A stretch of 53,391 nt of DNA from Aurantimicrobium sp. (GTDB taxonomy: Bacteria; Actinomycetota; Actinomycetes; Actinomycetales; Microbacteriaceae). Shown piece after piece: positions 35,672 through 44,805 of this stretch; the first letter of the stretch is position 1; the number at the start of each line of letters is the position of its first letter. The notes under the pieces are model-generated. The model did not search any database and was not told the DNA's origin. It saw only the letters and a program-made list of their open reading frames with translations. The stretch covers positions 1 through 53,391 of the forward strand of contig JAIOXH010000001.1 of the NCBI GenBank assembly GCA_021741765.1, in the 5' to 3' direction. The translations under genes were made by a program, and so were the position numbers.

Positions 35672-35744
35672 TGCCCTCGGCAGGACTCGAACCTGCGACC
35701 AAGAGATTAGAAGGCTCCTGCTCTATCCTCTGAGCTACGAGGGC
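35672..35744 (-). tRNA. tRNA-Arg (anticodon TCT), CCA not encoded
   Basis: Reverse complement: GCCCTCGTAGCTCAGAGGATAGAGCAGGAGCCTTCTAATCTCTTGGTCGCAGGTTCGAGTCCTGCCGAGGGCA. It gives a hand-folded cloverleaf with anticodon loop CTTCTAA. Confidence 0.92.
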
Positions 35745-35875
35745 GACACTACAAAACTACCGGAGAATTCGTGCCACAGAGGGGGTCGGCTGCGTCCCAA
35801 TTCAGTTTGCGCACGTGAGTCCGTATGCTCGAAGGGACGCAATTCGACGGCGTCACCACGCCTAAGGAGGCCATC

Positions 35876-36163
35876 ATGTTCGTTGCTACCTGGAAAGGTG
35901 CCGTTATCGCACAGTCCGACAAGACCATCGAGATTGAGGGAAACAAGTATTTTCCCTTCGACAGCGTTGATCAGACGCTGCTTGTCGACTCGGCCACCAC
36001 ATCGAACTGCCCCTGGAAGGGCACCGCAAACTACTATTCGCTTTCCGTTGACGGCGATACGAACACTGATGCCGTTTGGGTGTATCGCGAGCCCAAAGAC
36101 GCCGCCAAGGAGATCGCCGGCTACGTGGCCTTTTGGCGCGGCGTGGAGGTTCGCGCCGTCTAA
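35876..36163 (+). CDS. DUF427 domain protein
   Basis: WKGAVIAQSD...IEGN.YFP...CPWKGTANYYS...AVWVYREP...IAGYVAFW is the DUF427 pattern. ATG 35876 follows AAGGAGG. Confidence 0.8.
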   Translation: MFVATWKGAVIAQSDKTIEIEGNKYFPFDSVDQTLLVDSATTSNCPWKGTANYYSLSVDGDTNTDAVWVYREPKDAAKEIAGYVAFWRGVEVRAV

Positions 36164-36181
36164 GAACGGCGGGCACAGACC

Positions 36182-36898
36182 GTGATCGAGTTCGTCAACG
36201 CGTCAAAAACCTACGGTGGCGTCGTAGCGCTGGCGGATTTTTCTGCCGTGGTTCCGTCCGGCACCATCACCGTGCTCATGGGCCTTTCGGGGTCGGGCAA
36301 GACCACCGCGGTGCGCATGGTCAACAAGATGGTTATCCCGTCGACGGGCTCCGTGCTCATCGACGGTGTTGATGTCTCTTCGCAAAATGCGGTGGCGCTT
36401 CGCCGCTCCATCGGTTACGTGATGCAAGACATTGGCTTGCTCCCACACAAGACCGTTTTAGACAACGTGGTTCTGATCGCCACTATCGCCGGTCAATCGC
36501 GGGAGACGGCTCAGCAAAACGCCCGAGAGATGCTCACCCTAGTGGGCATCGACCCCTCGTCGTTTGGCCGGTTCCCCCGGCAGTTGTCTGGCGGTCAGCA
36601 ACAGCGTGTGGGTGTGGCGCGCGCACTGGCAACCAAGCCAAACATCTTGCTCATGGATGAGCCCTTCGGTGCGGTTGACCCCATTGTGCGCGAAGAGTTG
36701 CAAGACGAACTGCTGCGCATTCAGCGTGAACTCAAACTCACCGTGCTCTTTGTCACTCACGATCGTGGCGAGGCCCTCAAAATTGCCGATCAGCTGATTG
36801 TGCTTTCGCAACAGGGCACGATTGAGCAGGCGGGCACACCTCGTGAACTCACAAAAAAACCGGCGAATGATTTCGTGCGCAAGATTCTCGGTGTCTAG
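36182..36898 (+). CDS. ABC transporter ATP-binding protein (OpuC/OpuB-type osmoprotectant uptake, no CBS domains)
   Basis: Walker A GLSGSGKTT, signature LSGGQQQRVGVARAL, Walker B LLMDEPFGAVD. Confidence 0.88.
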   Translation: MIEFVNASKTYGGVVALADFSAVVPSGTITVLMGLSGSGKTTAVRMVNKMVIPSTGSVLIDGVDVSSQNAVALRRSIGYVMQDIGLLPHKTVLDNVVLIATIAGQSRETAQQNAREMLTLVGIDPSSFGRFPRQLSGGQQQRVGVARALATKPNILLMDEPFGAVDPIVREELQDELLRIQRELKLTVLFVTHDRGEALKIADQLIVLSQQGTIEQAGTPRELTKKPANDFVRKILGV

Positions 36899-37539
36899 TG
36901 GATTGGTTCTTCGCTAACGCTTCGTTTGTGGCAGGGCTGGCGCTCACGCACCTGAGCATCGTGATTGTTCCCATAGTTTTAGGGTCGATTCTGGCGATTG
37001 TGGGAGCGCGACTCGTTCGGGCGCGATGGGTTCCGGGGGTAACGGCCGTTCTGAGCGCTGTGTATGCCATCCCGTCGCTCGCGCTGTTCGTGGCGCTTCC
37101 GGCCCTCATCGGTACCCCTTTTGTCGGCCCGACCAACGTGGTGATTGCGCTCACTGTTTACGCAGTGGCATCAATGTTTTTCTCTGCTCGCGACGCTTTC
37201 TCGCAAGTGCCGTCGTCGACAAAGACAACCGCGACGGCGTTGGGCATGAGCCGATTCCAACTTTTTGTTCACGTGGAATTGCCCATGGCCATACCCGGGC
37301 TCATCTCTGGTCTGCGCGTGGTTTCGGCCACAACCGTGTCGATGGCTGCCATCGGTGCCGTGGTCGGTGTGCGAAACCTCGGCTACCTGTTCCTCGACGG
37401 TTTTCAACGTCGCATCCCCGAAGAAATCGTCACGGGCCTCGTGGCTGTCTTCGTGATCGCGATTGCCTTCGACGGCGGCCTGTGGTTGCTGGGGCGGGCT
37501 CTCACGCCGTGGCGCGCGCGAGGCGGTGAGCGTGTTTAG
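36898..37539 (+). CDS. ABC transporter permease (OpuCB-like)
   Basis: 213-aa polytopic protein with the BPD_transp_1-style EAA region (TATALGMSRFQLFVHVELP). Confidence 0.85.
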   Translation: MDWFFANASFVAGLALTHLSIVIVPIVLGSILAIVGARLVRARWVPGVTAVLSAVYAIPSLALFVALPALIGTPFVGPTNVVIALTVYAVASMFFSARDAFSQVPSSTKTTATALGMSRFQLFVHVELPMAIPGLISGLRVVSATTVSMAAIGAVVGVRNLGYLFLDGFQRRIPEEIVTGLVAVFVIAIAFDGGLWLLGRALTPWRARGGERV

Positions 37540-38191
37540 TATTTCTGACCTGGCAGCCTGGTTTGCCGATCCCGTCAACTGGGACGGACGCTATGGCCTG
37601 TGGTTCCTGTTGCTCGAGCACGTTGCCATCACCCTTGCTGCACTTCTCATCGCGACCATCGTTGCCCTGCCCCTGGGACTCGCCATCGGACACACCGGGC
37701 GAGGCGAGTTCCTGGTGATCGGGCTCGGGTCGATCTCCCGAGCGGTCCCGACGATGGGACTGCTGTTCGCGCTGGTACTTCTGTGGGGCGTGCAACTAAG
37801 GGATGTCTCTCTCCTCGTGGCCTTAGCGGCCATCGCCATTCCACCACTACTGGCGGGCACCTTCGCGGGTGTCACCACCATTCCTTGGGGCATTCGAGAT
37901 TCGGCAAAAGCTCAGGGCATGACGGGTTTTCAACGCGTTCGCTACGTTGAGTTTCCGTTGGCAACTTCGTCGATGATTGGCGGAATGCGCATCGCCTTCA
38001 TTCAGGTGGTGTCGACCGTCGTTCTTGCGCCACTCGTGGGCCTCGGCGGGCTGGGTTTTGGCATTGTGCAGGGCCTGGCTCTGCGAAACTATTCGCAGGT
38101 CGTGGCCAGTTCGCTCGTAATCATTGTCATAACGATTGTGGGAAGCCAGCTTCTCGGGTGGTTGCAACGACGCACGGACGATAGGTTGTAA
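37526..38191 (+). CDS. ABC transporter permease (OpuCD-like)
   Basis: EAA-like region SAKAQGMTGFQRVRYVEFP. The start is GTG 37526 or GTG 37532, overlapping the upstream stop (37537-37539). The ORF-track 5' extension is unlikely. Confidence 0.82.
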   Translation: MSVFSISDLAAWFADPVNWDGRYGLWFLLLEHVAITLAALLIATIVALPLGLAIGHTGRGEFLVIGLGSISRAVPTMGLLFALVLLWGVQLRDVSLLVALAAIAIPPLLAGTFAGVTTIPWGIRDSAKAQGMTGFQRVRYVEFPLATSSMIGGMRIAFIQVVSTVVLAPLVGLGGLGFGIVQGLALRNYSQVVASSLVIIVITIVGSQLLGWLQRRTDDRL

Positions 38192-38214
38192 ACACCCCAC
38201 CACTTGGAGACACC

Positions 38215-39102
38215 ATGAAACTCTCGCGAATCACAGCCCTGGCCGTTAGCATCACCGCTCTTGTCGGATTGGCCGGATGCGCCACCTCCGAAGCCCCGCC
38301 CACAGACCCGTCCATAGAGACCATCGTCATTGGCTCGCAGGCTTACTATTCCAACGAAATTATTGCCGAGACGTACGCGCAGATTCTTGAGGATTCGGGT
38401 TATCCGGTTGAGCGCAAGTTCTCACTGGGACAGCGCGATGTCTACATTCCAGCTCTCGAAGCCGGTGAAATTGACCTTATCCCCGAGTACACGGGAAACC
38501 TGTTGCAGTTCTTTGACCCGGCAGCCACCGAGACGGCAGCCGACGAGGTTTACACGGCGTTGGGTTTGGCCCTTCCCGAAGGCTTGACAGCCTTTACCAT
38601 GTCGTCGGCAACCGACCAGGATTCCTACAACGTCACGAAAGAGTTTGCCGACGCAAATTCTCTCGTGTCGATTGAAGACCTGGCCAAGGTCACGGGACTC
38701 ACCTTGGGCGGCGCCCCCGAATTGGCAGAGCGCCCCTACGGCCCGAGCGGACTGCTCTCGGTCTACGGTGTAACCGTCGAATTCCAAGCGACGGGTGAGA
38801 CCACGGTTGATTCCCTCGTTGCGGGCATCGTTGACATGGCAAACGTCTACAGCGCAGACCCGCGAATTGAGCAGCTCGGCCTCGTCACTCTTTCTGACCC
38901 CCGCGGCCTGTTCCTCGCGTCGAACGTTGTCCCCGTTGCGTCAGGTGTTGTCAGCGATTATGTTGCCTACCTCATCGACAAGGTGTCGGCTGCCATGACC
39001 GCCGAAGATCTGGTTGCCATGAACGTGCGCAGTGTTGACGAGAAGCTTTCCGCCAGCGTCATCGCTCGTGAGTGGCTCCTTTCCAAAGGTTTGGTGAAGT
39101 AG
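38215..39102 (+). CDS. Glycine betaine/choline-type ABC substrate-binding lipoprotein (OpuCC/OsmF-like)
   Basis: Lipobox GLAGC. IVIGSQAYYSNEIIAETYAQILEDSGY...ALEAGEIDLIPEYTGN matches the OpuAC-fold family. Confidence 0.85.
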   Translation: MKLSRITALAVSITALVGLAGCATSEAPPTDPSIETIVIGSQAYYSNEIIAETYAQILEDSGYPVERKFSLGQRDVYIPALEAGEIDLIPEYTGNLLQFFDPAATETAADEVYTALGLALPEGLTAFTMSSATDQDSYNVTKEFADANSLVSIEDLAKVTGLTLGGAPELAERPYGPSGLLSVYGVTVEFQATGETTVDSLVAGIVDMANVYSADPRIEQLGLVTLSDPRGLFLASNVVPVASGVVSDYVAYLIDKVSAAMTAEDLVAMNVRSVDEKLSASVIAREWLLSKGLVK

Positions 39103-39150
39103 CCCTGCGTTTTTAGCGCGGCGCGGACTTCTTACTGTGAAGGAAACGGA

Positions 39151-40122
39151 TTAGCTTTCGGGCTTAAGAAGTTGACCCTTGAACGCCAGAGCGGCGGTGC
39201 GAACGACGAGCGTCGCGACCACCAGTACGAGCACTGCGAAGAGGCTCAGCCCTAGCCAGAGGTAGAAATCCTGCCTCACGAGCGTGAAGTACAGCAGCGC
39301 TGCCAAGGTGATTGACGCGAGGGGAAAGCTAAACGCCCACCAGGTGAGCGCAAAGGGCAGACCCACAAATTTGCGCCATTGACTAACAACCATGAGCGTC
39401 ATGAAGAGGGCTGCGTAAAACAACACGATGCCGAAGTCGTCGAGTTTGCCCCCGTGGAGTGCCGTCCACGCGATAAAACCAAGCGCCGGCGGCACAATGA
39501 GAATGAACAGCGACGGCATGAGCTTTTGTGGAATCGGAGCAAAGAAGAAGCTCCTGTTCAAGCTGATTGCTAATAGGGGCAACCAAAAGACGATTCCAAT
39601 GGCGAAGAAGAAGTAGGAGACTTCCACGTAGCCGAGCGGGGCTCCCGAAATGGGCACGAGCAGGTTGGCCAGAATGGGGATGAACCATGCGGGTGAATTG
39701 TGCTCGACGGTAAAGCGTTCTGAGTGAAACCACCTATTCAAGATCAGCAGCGTAAAGCCGAGCTGCACCACAACAGCGATCCACCAGAGCACGTGTGTGA
39801 CCCCTGGCGAATAAGGTAACAGCGCCGCCGTGATCAGGAGCAGTCCCACAGAAATCGCAGGAAAAAAACTCAAGCGGATGGGGTTGTTCAGTTCGTCGCG
39901 AACGGCCTGGGGATATCGGATCCACTTGGTGAGGTAAGCGACGACCAGCGTCAGCCACACGGCTGAGGTCAATGTGAGAAGGGCGATAGATACGTACCCC
40001 GGCACGCCGAAGTGACGTTCTACGCTCTCTGTAGCTGTGGTGAGTCCACCCAACCCCATCACCGTGGTAAAAAGCGTGACGGGAAGGTGCTGGAGGCTGG
40101 ATTTCTCCGCTGTGGCTGCCAC
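39151..40122 (-). CDS. TehA/SLAC1-family anion channel / C4-dicarboxylate transporter-like membrane protein
   Basis: LQHLPVTLFTTVMGLGGLT at the N-terminus and about 10 TM segments. The start is uncertain. I chose GTG 40122; the ORF-track 5' extension to 40344 has a non-protein-like, Arg/His-rich composition. Confidence 0.72.
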   Translation of the reverse strand: MAATAEKSSLQHLPVTLFTTVMGLGGLTTATESVERHFGVPGYVSIALLTLTSAVWLTLVVAYLTKWIRYPQAVRDELNNPIRLSFFPAISVGLLLITAALLPYSPGVTHVLWWIAVVVQLGFTLLILNRWFHSERFTVEHNSPAWFIPILANLLVPISGAPLGYVEVSYFFFAIGIVFWLPLLAISLNRSFFFAPIPQKLMPSLFILIVPPALGFIAWTALHGGKLDDFGIVLFYAALFMTLMVVSQWRKFVGLPFALTWWAFSFPLASITLAALLYFTLVRQDFYLWLGLSLFAVLVLVVATLVVRTAALAFKGQLLKPES

Positions 40123-40330
40123 GATTCGCCGGGCTAGCTGCCGGCTTGAATTATGCCGCGGATTCGGGCTGGTGAGTGCATCTCGACCAAAGAAATTGTG
40201 ATGATGGGCATGTCGACAGGATAGCAGGCGCCAATCGCGGGTCTCGTCACGCGTTTGCAATCGGATGGCAAGTAGCGCGTCACACGTTGTACGGTGAAGG
40301 CAGACTAAGAACTCTGAGGGAGGGGCAATC

Positions 40331-41197
40331 GTGTCCGGCATCATGAACGAATCTGACGAAGCAACACCGGCCGTTCAGCCCAAGCGCTCGCCCTCGGGTC
40401 TCGCCATCGCCGGGTTTGTTCTCGCGCTCCTTGCCCTCGTGGTTGCAGTGCTGGGAACTCTGGGTGCGATACTCGTTACGTCGCTCTCGGGCGGCCTGGC
40501 AACTAACTCGACCTCGCAGGCGCAGTCCGGCACGAACGTCGATGTGGCCGCCGTCGTGGCGTTGGCGAACGCGGCCGTGGTCACGGTGTACTGCGGTAAT
40601 TCCTCGGGCTCCGGTTGGGGCATCGACTTGGCCGATGATGCGAGTTCAATGGCCGACGATGATTACCCCTACGAGATTGTGACCAACTGGCACGTGATTG
40701 AAGAGTGCGTCGACACGGATGTGCCCATCACCATTCAGACACTCGCTGGCACCAGCGAAGTGGACGCTTTTCTTTTCGATTTTGATGCCAGTTATTACGA
40801 TGAAACCTCAGAAGTGTGGGCCGATCTCGCTCTTCTCATGACCGCCGAGCCCGTGGAAAGCTTGCAGCCCGCCACCGCGCCACCCGCCGTGGGTGACTGG
40901 GTGATGGCCGCTGGCAGCCCGTACTCGCAGTTTTTCGACGCCATCATTCCCGGCACGTACACGTTTGGAAACGTGAGCAACTTCTTTCCCGACATCAACG
41001 TGATTGTCACTGACGCGGCAATAAATCACGGCAACTCGGGTGGCCCTCTTCTGAACGCGCAGGGCGAAGTGATCGGCACCAACACGTGGGGCGATGACAC
41101 GTCGGTGTCGGAGAACAATGGCTACGCCATCGGAATACCCACGCTGTGTGTCAAGTTCATCACGTGCGACGTATCGTCAAACTGGGAATGGAACTAG
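40331..41197 (+). CDS. Membrane-anchored trypsin-like serine protease (S1C-like, no PDZ)
   Basis: N-terminal TM segment, His region TNWHVIEEC, Ser region INHGNSGGPLLNAQGEVIGTNTWG. GTG 40331 follows GGGAGGGG. Confidence 0.8.
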   Translation: MSGIMNESDEATPAVQPKRSPSGLAIAGFVLALLALVVAVLGTLGAILVTSLSGGLATNSTSQAQSGTNVDVAAVVALANAAVVTVYCGNSSGSGWGIDLADDASSMADDDYPYEIVTNWHVIEECVDTDVPITIQTLAGTSEVDAFLFDFDASYYDETSEVWADLALLMTAEPVESLQPATAPPAVGDWVMAAGSPYSQFFDAIIPGTYTFGNVSNFFPDINVIVTDAAINHGNSGGPLLNAQGEVIGTNTWGDDTSVSENNGYAIGIPTLCVKFITCDVSSNWEWN

Positions 41198-42174
41198 GTA
41201 TTACCTCCCACGAGAAGCGAGCTGCCGTCGTTTACAAACCCAGCGCTGCTCTCGTCGAGGTGTATCGGCGTCACCTGCGGGCGGAAGAAAAGAAACTCGG
41301 GCGGGCACACGCTCACTGGTTTGCAACGGATTCCGCCGACCGAGGTGAGCGAGCCATCCGGCGTGCGATTGCCACGGATCCGGATGTGCTGATCGTCTTG
41401 GGCGGTGATGGCACTGTTCGCCGAACGGCAGAGGTTCTAGCTGACACGCGCATCCCTCTGGCCGTCTTCCCCGCGGGCACTGGCAATCTCTTTGCCCGAA
41501 ATATGGGCATTCCCCTACTCGATCATCGACGCGCGGTTCAGACGGCGTTGTCTGGCCAGACGGTCGCCATTGACGTGGCTGAAGCCGACCTCTGGAATGG
41601 CTCACAGCATCGTCACGCGCGTTTTTTGGTGATGGCGGGAATTGGATTCGACGCCGACATGGCCGCCAACACGAAAGCAAAAACAAAGCGTCGCTTCGGA
41701 TGGTTAGCCTACGTCAGACCCATCGTGCGGTCGGTGTGGAAGAACGACCAGCAAGAGTTGAAATTCTGTATCGATGGAAATCGCCGGCGCACCATCCGCG
41801 CCCACACCGCCATCATTGGTAATTGCGGGCTCTCCACAGGAAATGTCGCGCTGTTTCCGCAAGCCCGATTTGACGACGGTCTGCTCGATTTCGTCGTGAT
41901 GAACCCGCGCACGTTCGGTGGATGGACACGCATCTGGTCACACATCATGGTGATGAGCGTCCTCAGCCAAACTCCCGGCGTCGATGCCCTCATGGCGTCA
42001 ATGCCCGCAATCAAGAGCGCCCGGTACGCGCAGGGGAGGACGCTCGACGTAGACATCCCACAACCGCAGAACGTTCAGCTCGACGGCGACTTCTTGGGAC
42101 AGGTCACCTCGATGCGCATCGCCGTGAATCCCGGTGCTCTCAACGTGCGGGTGGCAGCGGCACCGGCTGGGTGA
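41188..42174 (+). CDS. Diacylglycerol-kinase-family lipid kinase
   Basis: DVLIVLGGDGTVRR and FPAGTGNLFARN (DAGK catalytic domain). ATG 41188 overlaps the protease gene's end. Confidence 0.85.
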   Translation: MELGITSHEKRAAVVYKPSAALVEVYRRHLRAEEKKLGRAHAHWFATDSADRGERAIRRAIATDPDVLIVLGGDGTVRRTAEVLADTRIPLAVFPAGTGNLFARNMGIPLLDHRRAVQTALSGQTVAIDVAEADLWNGSQHRHARFLVMAGIGFDADMAANTKAKTKRRFGWLAYVRPIVRSVWKNDQQELKFCIDGNRRRTIRAHTAIIGNCGLSTGNVALFPQARFDDGLLDFVVMNPRTFGGWTRIWSHIMVMSVLSQTPGVDALMASMPAIKSARYAQGRTLDVDIPQPQNVQLDGDFLGQVTSMRIAVNPGALNVRVAAAPAG

Positions 42175-43336
42175 TGGTGGAGCGAAAGCGTCTCTTGAAT
42201 GCCTGCGTGTCAGACACGCGAGCGAGCAGCGGTCCCACGACAACGGTGATCAGCATGTAGGTGGCAGCGAGTGGCGCAATGGCGGGCTCTAATCCCGCCG
42301 AAATCGCCAACCCGGCGATGATGATGGAGAACTCCCCGCGGGGGGTGAGCGCCAACCCGGCGCGCCAGCGTCCCGCGCGTCCGATGCCCGCGCGGCGAGC
42401 CCCGAGGTAGCCCGTGAGAATCTTTGTACTCATGGTGACAACCGCAAGGATGGCGGCGGGCAGTAACGCACCGGGGATGTCGGTGGAATCCGTGGTCAGG
42501 CCGAATACGAGGAAGAAGAATGCGGCAAAGAGGTCGCGCACGGGGCGAAGGTACTTCTGCGCCATCTTGGCCACCTCGCCCGAGATGGCAATTCCCACGA
42601 GGAAGGCGCCCACGGCACTCGACACTTGAACAAGTGCGGCAAGGCCGGCAACCAACATGGCCAGGCCTAAAACGCCAATGACGAGTGACTCGATGTGGGT
42701 CGACGAAAAAAAGCGTGAGATGCGCTTGCCAAACCTCAGGGCCACGAGGAGCACCACGAATACTGAGCCCACGGCAATTGCCACGGTGATGGCGCCCTGC
42801 GCGATGCTGGCACCAATCACGAACGCGGAGAGGATGGGCAGATAGAAGGCCATGGCCAGGTCTTCGATCACGAGAACTGCCAGCACGGTGGGTGTTTCGC
42901 GGTTACCCACGCGTCCTAAGTCGGTGAGCACCTTGGAGATGACGCCCGACGAAGAAACCCAGGTCACCCCCGCCATAACGAGGGCCCCCATGGCCCCCCA
43001 CCCCATGATGAGTCCGAAGGCGGCGCCGGGGACAGCATTCAATAGCGCATCCCACACCCCAACGGGAGCCGATGATTTGAGGTTGCTCACCAGTTCTCGC
43101 GCCGAGAATTCAAGTCCGAGCATCAGGAGCAGCAAGACCACACCAATCTCGGAACCCGTCTTCAGGAAAGGCATGCTTGCGTCTAGCGACAAGAAACCGC
43201 CCACGCCAAAGAGCAGCCCGATGGTCATATAAAACGGGATAGGCGATTGCCCGAGCCGGTTCGCCAGCCTACTGACGAGGCTCATGATGAGCAGTAGGGC
43301 GCCCACCTCGATGAGGACGAGCGTTATCTCAGGCAT
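42140..43336 (-). CDS. Cation:proton antiporter (CPA2 / Kef-type)
   Basis: 398-aa polytopic protein. LLIMSLVSRLANRLGQSPIPFYMTIGLLFG and LLLLMLGLEFS are typical of the Na_H_Exchanger family. Confidence 0.88.
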   Translation of the reverse strand: MPEITLVLIEVGALLLIMSLVSRLANRLGQSPIPFYMTIGLLFGVGGFLSLDASMPFLKTGSEIGVVLLLLMLGLEFSARELVSNLKSSAPVGVWDALLNAVPGAAFGLIMGWGAMGALVMAGVTWVSSSGVISKVLTDLGRVGNRETPTVLAVLVIEDLAMAFYLPILSAFVIGASIAQGAITVAIAVGSVFVVLLVALRFGKRISRFFSSTHIESLVIGVLGLAMLVAGLAALVQVSSAVGAFLVGIAISGEVAKMAQKYLRPVRDLFAAFFFLVFGLTTDSTDIPGALLPAAILAVVTMSTKILTGYLGARRAGIGRAGRWRAGLALTPRGEFSIIIAGLAISAGLEPAIAPLAATYMLITVVVGPLLARVSDTQAFKRRFRSTITQPVPLPPAR

Positions 43337-43354
43337 GGGCTGGCGGCGGTGACT

Positions 43355-43849
43355 TTAGACCGCGGTGTGTGCCAATAGGGCTTCGAGCTTCTCAAGGCCG
43401 GTGCGCGTTCCGACGGCGACAAAGATGTCGTCCTGGCGGAGAATCTCGGAGGGTTCGGGGGAAGGGATCACTTTGTCGCCGCGCAAGATAGCCACAATCG
43501 ACACACCTGTCTTGGTGCGAGCCTGCGTTTCGCCCAGCGTGTGGTCGAGGTATCGCGAGTCTGTGGGCAGAATAAGTTGATCGGTATACAGGCCGAGGGC
43601 GCCCGAGCCGAGGTCGTTTATTTGGCTGAGCAGTGAAGTATGACCGAGCAGGTCAGACAGGGCATCCGACTCGTCGTCATCAAGCTCGATGAAGTGCAAA
43701 ACGGTATCGGGGTCTTCAGGATCGTAGAAGGCCAGTTCGCGGCGCCCGTCGCGATAGTTCAGCACGCCCACGTGCCGGCCATGCTTCGTCACCATGTCGT
43801 GACGGATTCCCACTCCCGGAAGGTCAATTTTTTCGATGCGCACACCCAT
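43355..43849 (-). CDS. Cation:proton antiporter regulatory subunit (KhtT-like, TrkA-C domain)
   Basis: IEKIDLPGVGIRHDMVTKHGRHVGVL at the N-terminus and a C-terminal TrkA_C-like region LRQDDIFVAVGT. It lies directly upstream of the antiporter. Confidence 0.85.
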   Translation of the reverse strand: MGVRIEKIDLPGVGIRHDMVTKHGRHVGVLNYRDGRRELAFYDPEDPDTVLHFIELDDDESDALSDLLGHTSLLSQINDLGSGALGLYTDQLILPTDSRYLDHTLGETQARTKTGVSIVAILRGDKVIPSPEPSEILRQDDIFVAVGTRTGLEKLEALLAHTAV

Positions 43850-43909
43850 ATGCTTACGCTACCCCGGGATAGGCGGATATCTCTTCGATGCATCGTGGCG
43901 TGCTTCGTG

Positions 43910-44263
43910 TTAGGCCCAACCGAGCTCGTCAAGTTCCTCATCGGTGAGTCCGTAGAAGTGCGCGATCTCGTGCACCAAAGTAATGTGCACCTGCTCGCGA
44001 AGTTCTTCCACTGTTGCGCAGGCATCGAGTAACGGTAAGCGAAACAGCACGATGCGGTCTGGTAGTTCGCCAAAACCGTACTGCGAGCGCTCGGTGAGGG
44101 CAATGCCGTCGTAAACCCCCAGCAGACCCATGTCGCTGTCGGGGGAGATGTCTTCTAAGACAAAGATGACGTTGTCGAGGCGCTCTACGATTTCATCTGA
44201 GAGGGCGTCGAGCTCCTCCGTGACGAGCTCGTCAAAACTCTCCGCTGAGAGTTCGAGGGGCAC
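43910..44263 (-). CDS. Zinicin-like metallopeptidase family protein (DUF1025-type)
   Basis: 117 aa and acidic, with HEIAHFYG (HExxH) near the C-terminus. Confidence 0.78.
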   Translation of the reverse strand: MPLELSAESFDELVTEELDALSDEIVERLDNVIFVLEDISPDSDMGLLGVYDGIALTERSQYGFGELPDRIVLFRLPLLDACATVEELREQVHITLVHEIAHFYGLTDEELDELGWA

Positions 44264-44268
44264 GACTG

Positions 44269-44763
44269 TTAGCGGTTTCGCTGGTGTTCAAGGTCATCGC
44301 GACGGAATGCACGGATGCCGTCTTTGGGTTCGTACGCCCAGGTAAGGAAGGCCTCGCGAATCTGATCGAGGATTCGGCCTGTGTCGCCGCGTTCGAGGCT
44401 TGATGCGTTGCGGAGGGCTGTGAAGCGGCCGCTGAGCCAGTCGGCGGCTTCGGCAGCTCCGTCGCGGTTTAGCAAGCGAACGCGCATGTCGATGCCAATG
44501 GCCGCGCGATCCGCCAGTTGCTTGCCTTCCGGGCTCATGCTGGCGTAGAGCGACGCATCGATACCCACGTTCATCACCGCGGGAGCAAGGCTGTTGAGTT
44601 CATTCTCGATGGCGTCTTTACGTCGACGGCGCGCAATCGAGGAGAGCGTCGCTCCCACCACGACGGCAATGAGGAGCGAGCCAATAATGACACCCACCGC
44701 CACAACCATTCCGAGGTTGGCGTTGTCGGTGAGCCAGTTGGTGAAAGTCTTGATGGCGTCCAT
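44269..44763 (-). CDS. Single-pass membrane protein, hypothetical
   Basis: MDAIKTFTNWL...GMVVAVGVIIGSLLIAVVVGATL then RRRRK. I chose ATG 44763. The ORF-track extension to 45228 runs antisense through msrA. Confidence 0.6.
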   Translation of the reverse strand: MDAIKTFTNWLTDNANLGMVVAVGVIIGSLLIAVVVGATLSSIARRRRKDAIENELNSLAPAVMNVGIDASLYASMSPEGKQLADRAAIGIDMRVRLLNRDGAAEAADWLSGRFTALRNASSLERGDTGRILDQIREAFLTWAYEPKDGIRAFRRDDLEHQRNR

Positions 44764-44805
44764 GACTACATTCTGGCACCCGATGCGCGTAGATTTGAGA
44801 GCATC

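Noticed and set aside
40123-40344. 5' extension of the TehA-like ORF (74 codons)
   Set aside because: Its Arg/His/Cys-rich composition is unlike a membrane-protein N-terminus, and it would overlap the divergent protease start. Retained only as an alternative because the true start is uncertain.
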